Origin: Eledone cirrhosa
Taxonomy: Eukaryota
Reading direction: 5' to 3'
DNA length: 64,000 nucleotides
Assembly: GCA_964016885.1 (NCBI GenBank)
Contig: OZ024746.1
Coordinates: forward strand, 68,944,001 to 69,008,000
Both the position numbers and the translations under genes were made by a program. The notes under the pieces are model-generated. The model was given only the letters and a program-made list of their open reading frames with translations. It was not told the DNA's origin and did not search any database. Below, piece by piece: positions 1 through 13,483 of this stretch (positions are counted from its first letter, which is position 1; each line of letters opens with the position of its first letter).

Positions 1-120
1 TATACCATTTTTTAGCATTGTTTTGTCTAATCTTTTCACCTCTGCAAAAACAAAAACAAAAAGAAAATATTTAAATGTTTCAAATTTATTAAATTTATTA
101 AAAAAAATTAATAACAATTG

Positions 121-370
121 ACAACCTCCCTAGTGTTGGTGATCTACATGATAAATGCACCCAATCACACTGTAAAGTGGTTGATGAAAGGAAGGGTAAC
201 TAGTTGTATAAAGCTTTCCAAACAAAGAGTTGGGAAGACAACCTCTCTAGTGCTGGTGCCACAATAAAATGCACTCGGTAGAATGTGGAACCATATTTAA
301 GCAAGATGCAAACCTCCTGGCCTGTAGGAGGTCAGTAGCCCTACTTCAGAACTGGTTCAGTCGATAATGC
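121..370 (+). mobile_element. Old RTE-UTR-derived non-autonomous element
   Basis: Contains cctctctagtgctggtgccacaataaaatgcac and ctgtaaagtggttg..aggaaggg, which match the RTE 5' UTR (40450-40540). Collinear with 3750-4026 and 54772-55094. Confidence 0.7.
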
Positions 371-715
371 AACAAATCAAATGTTTTTAAAAACAGTTTA
401 TTTTTGTCTAGCTCAAGGACAGCCTTGATTTGACAGGTCTATGATCAACAATATTCCAACCATGACACAATGACACATTGCTTTGTATATCTAGGATTAT
501 ATTGTCCAAATATGTTCTTCCTTTCTTAAAATGGGAGAATCAGTAAAATGTTGGAAAAATTTCTTGCAGCATTTAATTACATCCTATATTCAAACCACAA
601 CAGGGTCAACTATGCTTCTCATCCTACCAAGGTCAATAAAATAAATACCAGTCAAATTTTAGTGTCAGTAAAATCGACATACGCTTCTATAAAAAGTCTG
701 GCATTAGTATTACTC

Positions 716-938
716 CACATTTAGCATTTAAACCGGCAGTATCCAGCCAGAATTCTCTCATCTTTTTCTGCTGAAACCAGCCATAATCGGCTGCTCATAC
801 TTATGTTAAGGTATTCTCAAAATAAATAATATCAAAATCTCATGGATTCAATATTATGTGAGATAATTATGTAAGGTAAAGTGTTTACCATGAAAATACA
901 GTAGTAAATATAGAATAATGTAGATGCTAAAGGGTTAA
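716..938 (+). mobile_element. piggyBac-type MITE family A (about 220 bp)
   Basis: Right end tgctaaagggTTAA; collinear with the copies at 10718, 14361, 53317, 56112 and 57393. Confidence 0.8.
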
Positions 939-1150
939 TGTGGTGGATTGGCAAAATTGGTAGAGCATTGGGTAAAATGACATTGTGGCACTTGTTCTGG
1001 CCCTTTACATTCTGAGTTGAAATTCCACCAAGGTCATCTTAGCCTTTCGTCCTTCTGAGGTCAATAAGATAAAGTACCAATGTACAGGGGTTGATTTAAT
1101 CAACTTTGCCTTTGCCCTTCTCTCAAATGTGTTGACATTGTGCCGAAATC
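939..1150 (+). mobile_element. tRNA-derived SINE (older copy)
   Basis: Collinear with 1403-1590, with a longer 3' part. Confidence 0.8.
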
Positions 1151-1402
1151 AACAGCAAATGGCAGAATCAATAAAGTGGCAGACATCATCATCATCAACA
1201 GCATCCTTTTTATGTCCGTTTCTTCATGTTTGCATGAATTGGACATCTCTTTTTCAGCACAACCTCTCTCTCTCTCCATGCATTGTGTTCGTTTGTAATC
1301 TCTTCTGTGAAATTCACTGTTTTGAGGTGCTGTACTTAATAATATCTCATTACATTCTTAGTTCAAATCCTTCTGAGATTGACTTCATTATTTATTTCTT
1401 CA

Positions 1403-1590
1403 GGGTGGTGGATTGGCAGTATCGGTAGAGGGTCGGACGCCATGCTTTGCAGCACAGTTACGTCCCTTTACGGACTGAGTTCAAAACCCGCCGAGGTTAG
1501 CTTTGCCTTTCATCCTTAAGGCGTCGATAAAATAAAGTACCAGTAATACACTGGGATAATTGCTGGCCTTGTGCCAAAAGTAGAAACAAT
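1403..1590 (+). mobile_element. Full-length tRNA-derived SINE with TSD
   Basis: A box TGGCAGTATCGG, B box GAGTTCAAAACC, central gcctttcatcctt...gtcgataaaataaagtaccag (resembles the Deu/Nin SINE domain). Direct repeat attatttatttcttcagg on both sides. Confidence 0.9.
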
Positions 1591-2139
1591 TATTTATTTC
1601 TTCAGGAGTTGAAAAAAATATAATCAACAACTAGGAATGGTTGTTACAAACCTAAAATTTGTAGCCTGGTGTTTTTAATTGTTTAATGTCCATTTTCCAC
1701 ACTAGTATGAGTTAGACGGGTTATCCCATTAGAGGCAATTAGGGTTAGGTGACTGTGTCTTGCTCATACAAAACTGCCAAATCAAATTTACACCCACTGC
1801 TGCCAAACCATATCCTTCTACATTCATGATATATTTAAACTTTTTTTATTGATTCCACAAATAAATAAATGTTTTTTACACTCCTACAAAAGAATGTCCC
1901 GATGCCATTCAGGATTTAACACAATATGCCTCATAATATAAACAACTTTGTTATTTTTTAGTAGTTGGCAGTCCTTATCCTGTTCTATTTTTAAAATATT
2001 TTTCAGAATACTGGTTTATTATTAATAACAAGCAGTTGTACCCGATGTTGCTCAGTAACAAGATAACTCAATCAATGAATATCATCATCACCATTTAACG
2101 TGGTGCTTTTTTTCTCATGTCACTAACTTGGAAAATAAT

Positions 2140-2233
2140 TGTTTCTACTTTTGGCACAAGGCCAGCAATTATATCAGTGTATTACTGGTACTTTATTTTA
2201 TCGACCCCATAAGGATGAAAGGCAAAGTTAACC
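2140..2233 (-). mobile_element. 5'-truncated SINE with 15-bp TSD
   Basis: aacttggaaaataat at 2125-2139 and 2234-2248. Confidence 0.88.
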
Positions 2234-2699
2234 AACTTGGAAAATAATAATTGCAACTCTACATAAATATATTATTTGAAGCATGTTCTTATACAGTTGC
2301 GTGCTCTTGCTTTTGTTCCGTAACAGTAGTTCGGCAAATAGATATTGATAATAAGTAATAGACTAAAATAAATATTAATATCATTATGATCACCAAAACT
2401 CTAAGGTGTTGCCCCAGTATGACCAGAGACCTGTCAAATGAATGAAACCAAATCAGTGAAAGATCTAATTCATTTTTATTGTTGTTGTTGTTGCCCTTGC
2501 GTATGAAACAGTTGCAATTACAAGATGTCCCCCAAGTGTAGTGGAATTAGAGTGAGGTCCACATTCTCAGATGGGCACTCAGATGGGCACTCCCTCAGTA
2601 TATGTTGAGCAGTCTTTTCATTTACTTTGTTGATTGTATGTGTATGGAACTAAAACACCACTGTGCCTCACCACCATTAAACATGAACACCACACAATT

Positions 2700-2815
2700 A
2701 GAAGAGCCCTCACATTCAATCCAAATGCGAGGCTTCACACTCAGTAAGGATCTCTCATGGTAAATGCACATCCTAAACATAGCTAGAACTGCATCTAACA
2801 GACTGCTCCTTCTAC
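2700..2815 (+). pseudogene. Highly decayed CR1/Jockey-group RT thumb fragment
   Basis: Translates as RGFTLSKDLSW*MHILNIARTASNRL, resembling LGxxxxxDLSWxxHIxxIxxxAxxRL. Confidence 0.5.
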
Positions 2816-3749
2816 TGCACCAACACATATCAGGTCATCACCACTACACAATACACAAACACCACTGCACCACCAACACACAAACACCACCACACCAACA
2901 CGCCACAACCACCACACAATACACCATCACCACTACACCCCCAACACATCAACACATAAAAACACTACCACCATCTTCACATTGAAAGCATCAATCTCAC
3001 TCAAAAACATTTTACATACTTATGTAAAATATGTATGTAGAGTACATATATATTTTACATCCATATGTATATATGGATGTACATAGATATACATAGACTG
3101 TGTTTTAATTTTTATAACCTTATGAAACAACATTTGATGTACAATAAATTGTCTAAATGACAACTGTGGAATAAGGAAAATGTTCTAAAATATTGAAAGT
3201 GATGGGTGGTGCTATTAAGTTAGACATGGCCTGGGCCAATACTGGCCGAAACCTATCAAAATTATCAAAGTTAAGGCGATAGTAAGAGAGAGCATTTGTT
3301 ATGGCAACAGCAGAGCATCTGAGGAAAAGGAAGAGGAGGAGGTATAAAGAGAGACAGCAATAGAGAGAGAGAGCAAATGATAAATGACAGTGAATGAGTT
3401 ATGGGAAGAATGGTAAAAAGCACAAAGTCTGAATTAAGGCAGAAGAGGAGGGGGTACATAAAAATGTGAAAGGAGAGGGAGAAAGGGAGAAGAGAAGCAT
3501 TCCTAATGGTAGCAGTTACATAACAACTTTGAAGATTTGTAAGAGCGTTTGTTAGTAAACTTGTAAGAAATATAAAGAAGAGAAGATAAAAAAAGGGGAT
3601 AGATAGCAATAGAGAGAAAGCAAATGATAGATGAAAGTGAATGAGTTATGGGAAGAGAAGTAAAAAGCAGAGTCAGAAGGGATGGGAAACAAAAGATTGT
3701 TATATATAAGAAAAGACAGAGTGGGAGGGGAAATGAGGACACACACACA

Positions 3750-4026
3750 AACTTTTAAAGTGGTTCATGGTAGGAAGGGCATCCAGTTGTAGAAAGTTTG
3801 CCAAGTAAAGGGTTAGGAGGCCCCTTCAGAGTTGTCTAAACATGACGACATCCCTAGTGCTTGTGAAATGATAAAATACACTTGGTAGAACATGAGACTG
3901 TACATAAGTGAGAATCTGAGCTCCTGGCCTGTCTGGAGGTCAGTAGACCCGCTTCAGTACTGACTAAGTCTATGAAGACCCAACTCTTATCAATAGAGAA
4001 AGCGGAAGTTAAATGATGATGATGAT
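3750..4026 (+). mobile_element. RTE-UTR-derived non-autonomous element with (ATG)n tail
   Basis: aaagtggtt...aggaagggcatccagttgtagaaa motif; ends gaaagcggaagttaaatgatgatgatgat, like the RTE terminus aaaagcggacgtaaaatgatgat. Confidence 0.75.
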
Positions 4027-4174
4027 ACTGGCTCATATAACAATGACAATACTGACATTAAAGTCAAATAGAATGTCTCATAGTATTTGTTCTGTCTCTC
4101 TCAACTCCCAGTTCAAATCTTACATGGCCTTTAATCCATTCAGAGCCAATAAAGTACAGGTCAAATACTGGTGT

Positions 4175-4400
4175 CAATCTGTCTGCCTATTTACCTATTT
4201 GTCTATCCATGTATCTGTCTATCTAACTGTCTGTCTGTTTTCCTATCTATTTGTCTATCCATGTATCTGTCTATCTATCTGTCTGTTTGTCTATCTACCT
4301 GTCAATCTCTGTATCTATATATCTGTCAGTCTGTCTATCTACCTATGTATCTGTCAGTCTTTCTATCTGTCTATCTATTTGCCTGCCTATCTGTCTGTCT
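4175..4400. repeat. Degenerate (TCTA/TCTG)n
   Basis: Seen directly. Confidence 0.9.
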
Positions 4401-6185
4401 AATATATACAATGCTCAATGTAGTTAAAAAGTTAGTCTTGAATAGAGAGGTTCATCACTTATATTTGTTTCATGATGCATTAAGTAACTGACAGTTGGAA
4501 GGTATGCCAATATTTTGTAAAATTAACCCCCAACTGTTGCTGCTATAGCTGTCAATGGTACTGGTGCTGGTACTCATGTTTTCAGCTTAGTAGAGTGGAA
4601 CAAAATGAAATACATTGCTTAAGGACACAATGTGACAACCAGTCTGGAAATTGAAGTGACAACCTTAGTCATTAGCCAACACACTAACCCACATGCCTAC
4701 TCAATGTAGACAAATAGATAATTGTTTGGTATTTGAAAACTAACTACAGACAAAAGATTCTCAAAGCAAAACTAGTGATACAGTTTCAGTCAGTAGTTTA
4801 GAGAATATTTTTCAGCTGGTTCTCATCATATCAAATTGCCGAACTATTACAAAGTATGAGGATATTTATGTAGTCCTAAGTAGTATTGATAGTTTTACCA
4901 AGTAGCTGTACAGTTTACCAACATCTAGAACAAGAGAACATAAACCTTCTCTAAAATAACATTCATTCCTCAAATAACTTTTCAGAAACCAGATTCTTGT
5001 GTTTACTAGTAGAGAAACGATTTACATGTGTAAGTTTCTGAAGAGAGTGATTAACATGGAAGGATTCACATTAAAATAATACAAAAACAAAAACCACAAA
5101 GAAGGTACACTAGTTACGACTAGTTTACAACTCATAGCATGCATGGTATAGTTGTCTTGTTTAGCCTATTCTGATAGTTTCTTCCCCCACACATTCTCTT
5201 TGAGGTTCTTGCTTTCATGACCACTACAATTTGAACAAATTCAAAAACAATATCAATCATCATCTTTTCTCTCCTTGAACTGTTCTCTCTGTCTTGTCCT
5301 TCTCTCTCAGTAACCCCTTGCATTTTAGTGGCTTTTTTGCTTTCCTTGGGGTAAATAAAAATACCCCTTACAAGTTGTGAAGAACCAACTAAAAGGGTTG
5401 GGAGTTGTTGTCAGGAAGGACATTCAGTTATAAAACACTGCCTTAAAATGTCTCATCTAACTCAAACCAGCATAGAAAAGCAAATGTAAAAAAGATGATA
5501 GTGATTGTGATGATGATGATGATATGTGCATATGTCCATGTTTATGTTTACTTGTGTAAACTAATATGTTAGGTTATGTCCCTTGAGAGAGACAGTAAGA
5601 AAGAGATTTAGGGAGAGATGGGAAGGAAATAGAAAGAGAGATTTAAGGAGAAATTGGGAGAGATGAGAGGGATTTAGGGAGAGAGTAAGAGAGATAGGAA
5701 GGAGAAAGCAAGAGAGGGATTTATGGAGAGAGATTTAGGGAGATAGGAAGAGAGGGACTTGGGGAGAAATTGGGAGAGAAAAAGAAAATTGTAGAAGAAT
5801 TTGAAGAAAAAAGAAAGACATTGAAGAAGAAATTAAGAGATGGGGAGAAATTGGGAATAAGAGAAAGAGAGAAAATGTTCTCCCCTCTTTCTTCTGTTTT
5901 CTGTTCTATCACCCACTATTTCCTTTCTTTACTGATTTGATAAACAGAGATTCTTAACCTTTCTATTGTTCTCCATGCACCACCACCATCACCCCCAAAC
6001 TACACCCCACTCCCATCACCAACAACACTCCAAAAAATTTGATGTTTCTTCTCAGAATAAAAACATCTTTGGTATTAAAAAGATATAATCTAAAATCTTT
6101 AAAAAGTATGTTTTGTAACAACTTAACTTATATGTATGTTACATATGAGTGTAAGTGAGCATATGTGAGTGTGAGTGTGAATGAG

Positions 6186-6234
<49 letters not shown>

Positions 6235-6553
6235 GTAGGCATATGTATCTGTGTGGGCATGTATGTGTGTGAGTATGCACGTGAGTGTAAGCGAGTATGT
6301 GGATGTGTGCGAGTGTAATTGGATGAGGGTGTGTGAAAATGTGAGCAAGTGTGTGCAGGTGAGTGTAAATGGGTATGTGCGTGTGAGTGTAAGTGGAGTT
6401 GTATGTGTGTGCGCAAATGAATGTAAGTGGACATGTATGTGTAAGTGAGCATGTGTGAGTGTGTGAGCATGTATGTGGGGGAATAAGTGGGCATGCATGT
6501 GTGTGAGTATAAGTGAGCATGTATGTGTGTGGGGGAATAAGTATGTGTATGAG

Positions 6554-7042
<489 letters not shown>

Positions 7043-7294
7043 GTAAGTATGCATATGTGTGTGTATGTGAAGGAGGCAAGAAGACTGTGGAGAATGAGAG
7101 AATGAGAGAAGGAAGAAGCAGTATTTATTTGGAGTCTTTGCAGCAGTTGTAGGTGGAACTGCTCAAGTTTTCCTGTTGCTTTCTTGTAAGATGTCGAATC
7201 AGCTTTCCTCCAGAACAACTTCTAAATAACACTGCAAGTGTTCTAATTTAAAATGGGTGTGTCGTGTCTGTGTATGAGAATGGTGATGGTATAT

Positions 7295-7502
7295 AATTAT
7301 TTCTGATATAGGCCCAAGGCCAACAATTTTGGGGGAGGGTAAGTCGATTAAAAGGACCTCAGTGCATTACTGGTATTTTATTTTATCAACTCCCGTAAGG
7401 ATGCAAGGCAAAACTAACCTCAGCGAGATTTGAACTCAGAACGTAAAAGGACATAACTATATGTTGTAAAGCATATTGTCCAATACCTCCTATCTACCAC
7501 CC
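7295..7502 (-). mobile_element. tRNA-derived SINE
   Basis: Reverse complement of the 1403 family. Confidence 0.85.
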
Positions 7503-7724
7503 TATGATGATATATAATAAAACAAAAACAATATATACAGATATCATCATCATCATCATCATCATAATAATAATCATTTTACATCTGTTTTACTACGCTG
7601 GAAGGGATTGGATGGGTGCCGTTTTAAACTATTTTTTACATAGAATTTGAAGTTGGTGAAAATCTTCAAAATATAAGGTGATCTTGCTGGTGACAACAAA
7701 AAAGTCCTCACAGTTAGGTGGTTG

Positions 7725-7893
7725 TTTTGGTGCCACAATAAAAAGCCCCCGGTCCACACTGCATTGTGGTTGGAGTTAAGAAGGGCATCCAGCCGTAGAA
7801 ACCAAACCAAAATACAGATCTGTATGAGCAAGACACAGTTATCTGATCTGACTAACCCATGCTAGAGTGAAAAAAATAGATGTTTAAATGATG
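7725..7893 (+). mobile_element. Bipartite RTE-derived short element (5' UTR motif plus 3' terminus)
   Basis: ggtgccacaataaaaagccc...aagaagggcatccagccgtagaaacc...aacccatgctag...gatgtttaaatgatg. Confidence 0.7.
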
Positions 7894-8002
7894 TGAAATT
7901 TTGAAAAGCTGTGATCATAGTGTAACTCTCGTATGTTTATTATACATAAATATATCATGTACGCTTTATATTTATATATATATACACCCCAATTATGAAG
8001 GT

Positions 8003-8115
8003 GCCTGCCATAGTGGTTAGAGATTTGGATTCACATTGTGAGGTTGCGAGTTCAATTTTCAGACCGAGTAATGCGTTGTGTCCTTCAGAAAGACACTTTA
8101 TTTCATGTTGCTCTT
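8003..8115 (+). mobile_element. Second tRNA-derived SINE family (CORE-like); related minus-strand copy at about 4570-4700
   Basis: A box tagtggttag, B box gagttcaatt, then gcgttgtgtcctt...aagacactttatttcatgttgctc. Confidence 0.6.
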
Positions 8116-8418
8116 TCTACTAGGAATTGCGACTGGTAGATTTTGTGAGCAATGGAAAGACCAACGAAACCATTGTTTCCTTGGTCCGATTTGACAAGGT
8201 CCACCCCACTTGGCAAGCAAATGAGGTCTGGGATCTTGTTGATCAAGCAGAATGAGCGATGAATAAAATTAATGCCACTTCTGATTACACAGGGTGTCAT
8301 TGTCCAAGATTATATTGAAGAGAGAGTACCTCATCTTTATCATATATTCCATATTTGACATGGTTTCTATGGCTGGATCCCAGTCTTAATACCAAAGTGG
8401 AAAATGAAACACACTCAC

Positions 8419-8783
8419 CTGATGGAATATAAGTAATTGCATTTATCTGAGTATTTTTGTCTGCTATTTCTGATGACTTTCCAGCAAATTCTGCACAGCG
8501 TTGCAATAAGCCACCAGTTATACTTTGAGATTTCTGTAAATCATATGGATCTCGCTTGACACATTCTTGAAGAAAAAGTATGTTTTTGTCGTCAATGGTC
8601 TCTTTTATAATGTTTTTCATCTGATTGTATCTCATAAGGCTTCCCTTTGATCGCTGGTAAGTAGATTCTAAATTCTTTACAAGATTGCAGAGTCTTGCCT
8701 TCTTACTATCAGCAGCTTTCAGTTTCTGCTGCATAAGCATATATTCCTTCTGTAGTTGTTCTTTCCCACTCATCTCGTCTAAT
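8419..8783 (-). CDS. Probable host-gene coding exon (coiled-coil-like, unidentified protein)
   Basis: Acceptor tcttatctctatttcag| before 8783 and consensus donor CAG|GTGAGT after 8419. Open frame (LDE)MSGKEQLQKEYMLMQQKLKAADSKKARLCNLVKNLESTYQRSKGSLMRYNQMK...YIPS has protein-like composition. Past the donor the sequence contains an RTE-UTR remnant (8361-8395). Confidence 0.75.
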
Positions 8784-8856
8784 CTGAAATAGAGATAAGA
8801 CAGCTCATCTTATTATCATTGTTTGATGAGGAATATATTTAATTACAAACCAACAA

Positions 8857-9276
8857 GAGAGCTTCTACATGGTCATACAATCTGCTAGAAACAACAGGCA
8901 AATCTCCCTCATATCACACCCTGCTGTCTTAAAATAGGAACCATGCATTGCATAATGCAGTCCAAGATATACTATGTTTGAAAAAAAAACCAAGAGATGT
9001 GAATGTCATGGCTAGAATGTCTTTGATCAAATTACTAGATTAGGCCTGAGCTGGGATTAAACAACAAGGAGCTTATACAGAGTCACTTGACCTGCTAGAA
9101 ACAGCAGCCAAACCTCATTCATATCACACTTTACCATTTTAAAAAGTAGAAAGGATATTTTTGTATCTAGGAGTACATTATTTAATAATGGTGTCTGAAA
9201 AAGAAATTATTGGGTGGTCATGGCTGGGTTGCTTTTGATCAAAGATCTGTCCTTAAACAAACACAACAACAACAAC
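8857..9276 (+). mobile_element. Two tandem copies of a dispersed retroposon of about 200 bp with an (AAC)n-like tail
   Basis: ctgctagaaa.agcagccaaatctccctca.atcacaccc...gtcatggct.gaatg.ctttgatca...taaacaac. Also at about 405-560, 55700-56060, 58980-59135, 60050-60225, 61010-61185 and 63283-63450. Confidence 0.7.
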
Positions 9277-9644
9277 TATATCAAATTGTATGTTTGTCAA
9301 TTGTGAGGTCAGCTTTATCATATACTCATCAGGTAAACATCTAAACACAAATTTTTTAAAGATAAAAAAACAAACATTTCAATAAAGAATTTTAAGAATT
9401 CACTAAGTTCCAATAAAACATTCCTTTATATTTAAAAAAAAACATTTCTCTAAGGGCGTAAATTTTAATCTGGGGAAAATGAACTCCGCTTCCCTGAGAG
9501 TAAAATTTTAGGTTTCAGCAGGAAAGCAATTTTTAGATTGAAAAATTCTTTATCACAGACTTTCTAGATTTATTTTCCTTAATGTTAATTTTAAGGTTGC
9601 TAATATTCAATTAATATAATAAGCTGTTATTATTATGGAATATA

Positions 9645-9852
9645 GGGTGGTGGATTGGCAGTATCAGTAGAGTGTCAGACACCAAGCTTTGTGATATGTG
9701 GTTATGGCCCTTTACATTCTGATTTCAAATCCCACCAAGGTTAGCGTTGCCTTTCATCCTTACAGGGTCGATACAATAAAGTACCAGTCACGCACTGGGG
9801 TCAATTTAATCAACTTTCTCCTCCCCCAAAATTGCTGGCCTTGTGCCTAAAT
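9645..9852 (+). mobile_element. tRNA-derived SINE
   Basis: gggtggtggattggcagtatc...gcctttcatccttacagggtcgata...gctggccttgtgcc. Confidence 0.88.
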
Positions 9853-9884
9853 CATTATTATTAGTTATTGATTATTTGTTAGTT

Positions 9885-9927
9885 CGCCAAAGCTCTTTCG
9901 TCACAGTCTGTGACCTCCTCAGTGACT
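9885..9927 (-). ncRNA. Minimal type I hammerhead ribozyme in an older Penelope-like remnant (about 9880-10195)
   Basis: Minus strand reads AGTCA-CTGAGGA-G-GTCACA(gac)TGTGAC-GAAA-GAGC-TT-TGGC. Upstream flank is AC-rich, like 59260-59445. Confidence 0.75.
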
Positions 9928-10717
9928 GTTCTTCTCTGTGCCTCCTCTTCTTTTCGGTCTTATTTTGTTTAAACCATGAAGTTTTTTACTACTAAATTCT
10001 TATAACAGTATGTGTGCCTATGTCTTTGTTCATGTTCCATAAGTTAGTGAGTGTGTGTGTATGTATGTGTGTATTGTATGTATGTGTTTGTGGGCCTATG
10101 CCCTTTTTATGTTTACTCTTTGTTTATGTTCTCTGTGTGTGTCTGTGTTTGCTAGTGCTAATATCTGATAGTGATTGTGTATTTCACTAAACTTACAATA
10201 CATCCATATATAATCAAGACAGCTGGGTAGGCCCCTGGCCAGGCTTTTGTGCTTGAAATAGGGTTGCGACTTTCAGGATGGTCACTTTAGTTCACAATAA
10301 TTCTAAGGTGGCGGTTTTGGAATAAACATATCACTATAAATGTTTCTAAATCTGTGGATGCACCACTGATAAGCAGGATTGGCAGTGGCATCCACTGACC
10401 TCCTTTCTTGGTGACTGGATGTGATTTGAGGGAAATTTGGCTGATATTTCTGACTGGTCGGTAGAGTGACTACATAGATGGTGTCTTGTTGACATCAGTC
10501 ATTATTACCTGTTCAGTAAAGTAGTGAGTTTCCACAGATTAAATATCTACTTATAACCTAGAAACACAGCAGCTCAGATAAATATCAGTAACCTAAATAC
10601 AATTTGACAAGTATGTCCATTACCTGGCTGATAAATTACTGGTGCATTAACAATCATCATCATCATTTAACTTCATCACCATCATCATTTAATGTCAGTT
10701 TTCCCTCCCATCAAGGG

Positions 10718-10941
10718 TTAACCCATTAACATTTAAACCAGCCCTATCCGGCCAGACCTCTCTCATCTTTTTCTGTTCAAACTGGCTTTAACTGGCCGTT
10801 CATACTTACATTAAGGTTCTTAAAATAAATAACATCAAAATCTCGTAGATTCAATATCATATGAGATAATTATGTAAGATAAAACCTTTTCTGTGAAAAT
10901 ACAATAGTAAATATAGAGTAATGTAAATGCTAAAGGGTTAA
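10718..10941 (+). mobile_element. piggyBac-type MITE family A
   Basis: TTAA-cccattaacattta ... taaatgctaaaggg-TTAA. Confidence 0.88.
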
Positions 10942-10999
10942 ATGAGTTGTCAGGGACCAAGTCATCACTTAATGGAAGCTACTGGCCACATCTTGTTTA

Positions 11000-11305
11000 T
11001 ATGTGTGCCTGCACTTTACAAAGTCTACTGGGTGTGTTTTATTGTGGTACCAGCACAAGGGAAGATATGGAGGTTGTTATGCCCTTGACACAACTGAAGA
11101 ATCCTCTCTACCCTTTCTTTGGCAAGTTTTCTATGGCTGGATACCCTTTATATCACCAAACACTTTGCAAGGGAGGATAGGGAGGTTGTTATGCCCTTGA
11201 CACAACTGAAGAGTCCTCTTAACTCTTTGTTTGGCAAGTGTTCTATGGCTGGATACCTTTTTTAATACCCACCACTTTATAGGGTGTAGTGGGTATATTT
11301 TTTAT
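11000..11305 (-). mobile_element. RTE-UTR-derived element with an internal duplication of about 110 bp
   Basis: ggaggttgttatgcccttgacacaactgaaga...ttggcaagt.ttctatggctggatacc occurs twice (from about 11069 and 11181). Confidence 0.65.
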
Positions 11306-11504
11306 ACATCCTATTTATTATTAGAAGCATGGTGAAGCATAGTGTCTGATGCTTTACTCATACTGCCAATCCACTGCCCTAATAACTAATAATAATAAAG
11401 CTGAAGTAAAAGTCAAATAGTGTATGTGTTCTTATTGGCAAAATTGGCAACATGACCATCCCCAAATATAATTTAGTGATTATTTGTTTCATTCTATGTA
11501 CTAT

Positions 11505-11578
11505 ACATGCACCTTTGATGAGTTGTAGTGCACCTGAGCACTGTACACAATAATTTCATTATTATTATTATTATTATT
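11505..11578 (+). mobile_element. Isolated 3' terminus of the same CR1-type LINE
   Basis: Matches the reverse complement of 43480-43555 and ends in (ATT)n. Confidence 0.75.
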
Positions 11579-11711
11579 GCTGAAGGTGGAACCAATGTGA
11601 GCACTCAATGCTATAGCAGAGTATATATGTGAAGTTTGATATGACAAAGTTTCCCTTTAAAATGTTTTTTTTAATTATTATTTATCAACCGCTATATACG
11701 TTTCACAGATT

Positions 11712-11994
11712 GACTCAAGATCTATGTTGATGTGATAGATATGACTCCAGATGTGTGGACTCAAGATCTATGTTGATGTGATAGATATGACTCCAGATGT
11801 GTGGACTCAATATCTATGTTGATGTGATAGATATGACTCCAGATGTGTGGACTCAAGATCTATGTTGATGTGATAGATATGACTCCAGATGTGTGGACTC
11901 AAGATCTATGTTGATGTGATAGATATGACTCCAGATGTGTGGACTCAAGATCTATGTTGATGTGATAGATATGACTCCAGATGTGTGGACTCAA
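11712..11994. repeat. 46-bp minisatellite, 6 full copies plus a partial
   Basis: Unit gactcaagatctatgttgatgtgatagatatgactccagatgtgtg; one substitution in copy 3. Confidence 0.95.
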
Positions 11995-13483
11995 AACATT
12001 TACATATAAATATTTAAAGACACAGTGTGTCTAGAGCTTCATTATCTAATCTGCCCTTTCCTTTTTTTTTTATACCAACTCGCCTGAAATTGCCCATGGT
12101 TCTATGATGAAAACACCATTTATTTTATAGTGTACATGTTTTTTTTGTTTTTTTTGTTTTAATTATTTTACCATTTACAGGTGTACATGTCAAAATTTAA
12201 TCTTTCTATTATACTTTTTTGTAAGAACTTTCTCTTAAGTTATATTCTAAATACCAACATCCAGGATATTTCAGCAAAGGTGAGCTTCATCACATTCATA
12301 ATAGCCTAATGGAATAAAACTTCTAAAATACAAGGAATTATCAGCAAACTATTTTTTTTTTATCAGCCTGTGGCATTTAGGACTTTTGGGAGAGCTGGGC
12401 CACTGACAATGAAATTCTCACCCTTGTTGGGGGCTTGCCTTACAAATGTTTCAGGTGAGAACCATGAGGGTGCTTGGTTATTTTGTCATCTTAACCTCAT
12501 TACTACTTGTGGCAATGCTGTGTGTTGGCTGCCTCAAAAAGTATTAAAGGGAAACTGCAGTGCCCCTTGTGGTATATGAGTAGGTGTTTGTCTTTTTCCA
12601 CTTTTTTCTTCTATTATTTTTCGTCTTTTTTTTTATTGATACACACAAATGTTTGTTGGATACAATTTACATATCTTAATGGAAATTAGTTACTATTAAA
12701 TCCCTCTAAATTTTGTTATTTTCAACAATTAATTGAAAAACATTGGCAGTATATTACATGATAGAGTGTCAAAAGGGTTAAGATATGGTAGATGTGATTT
12801 GAGGTAGATTTGGCTGCTATTTCTGACATGTACAACCATGTAAGAGGATACTTTGTTGAAACATACAGATATAGGCGAGGTGGGGTGGTATGCATGAGGC
12901 TAGCCCCTTATCTCTACACTATAAGGGCTATGTCAGCACTCTTTACCCCCCCCCCTCTATGTTTTATTTTTGTTAGCTTAGTTTATTTCTTAGCTATGTT
13001 GTTAAATACTACAATTGAACCACTGTTAAGGATCCATAGAAGCATTCAGTATGAAAGTAAGGGAAACAGGGAAGTAGGCAGCCGACCCTAGTACTGGACT
13101 GGTACTTTTTTTTTTATCAACCTAGAAGGATGAAAGGCAAAGTTATATATAAATATTAGTCTTATAGAGGGAGGCCACTGAAAAATTTGTTCGATTTCAA
13201 TCTTTTTTATTTTATTTTCACACATAATACTGAAAAAAATCCATTACTTATATTTCCAAATAAAATAATAAAAAACCATGTGTTTGTAAAAGTTAATTTT
13301 GTTTTATATCATTCAGTCTTTCTGCGCCCCCCTCACCCCATATGTCTTTTATACTCTACCTCTAGGTTAAATTATCTTATACATTTTTATGTAAACCCTT
13401 TTAGACTTCTTTATTTAATGAACCCTAATTTTTAATCCATATATATGTATGTGTGGTTATGTAAGTGTGTGGGCATGTAAAGT

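Noticed and set aside
1403-1500. tRNA gene
   Set aside because: A and B boxes belong to a multi-copy SINE head; no cloverleaf evident.
5132-5323. 63-aa ORF as a further exon of the host gene
   Set aside because: No convincing splice sites or motif.
8297-8418. C-terminal 40 aa of the 158-aa ORF
   Set aside because: Lies past a consensus splice donor and contains an RTE-UTR remnant; probably intron read-through.
11712-11994. CRISPR-like array
   Set aside because: No spacers; pure tandem repeat.
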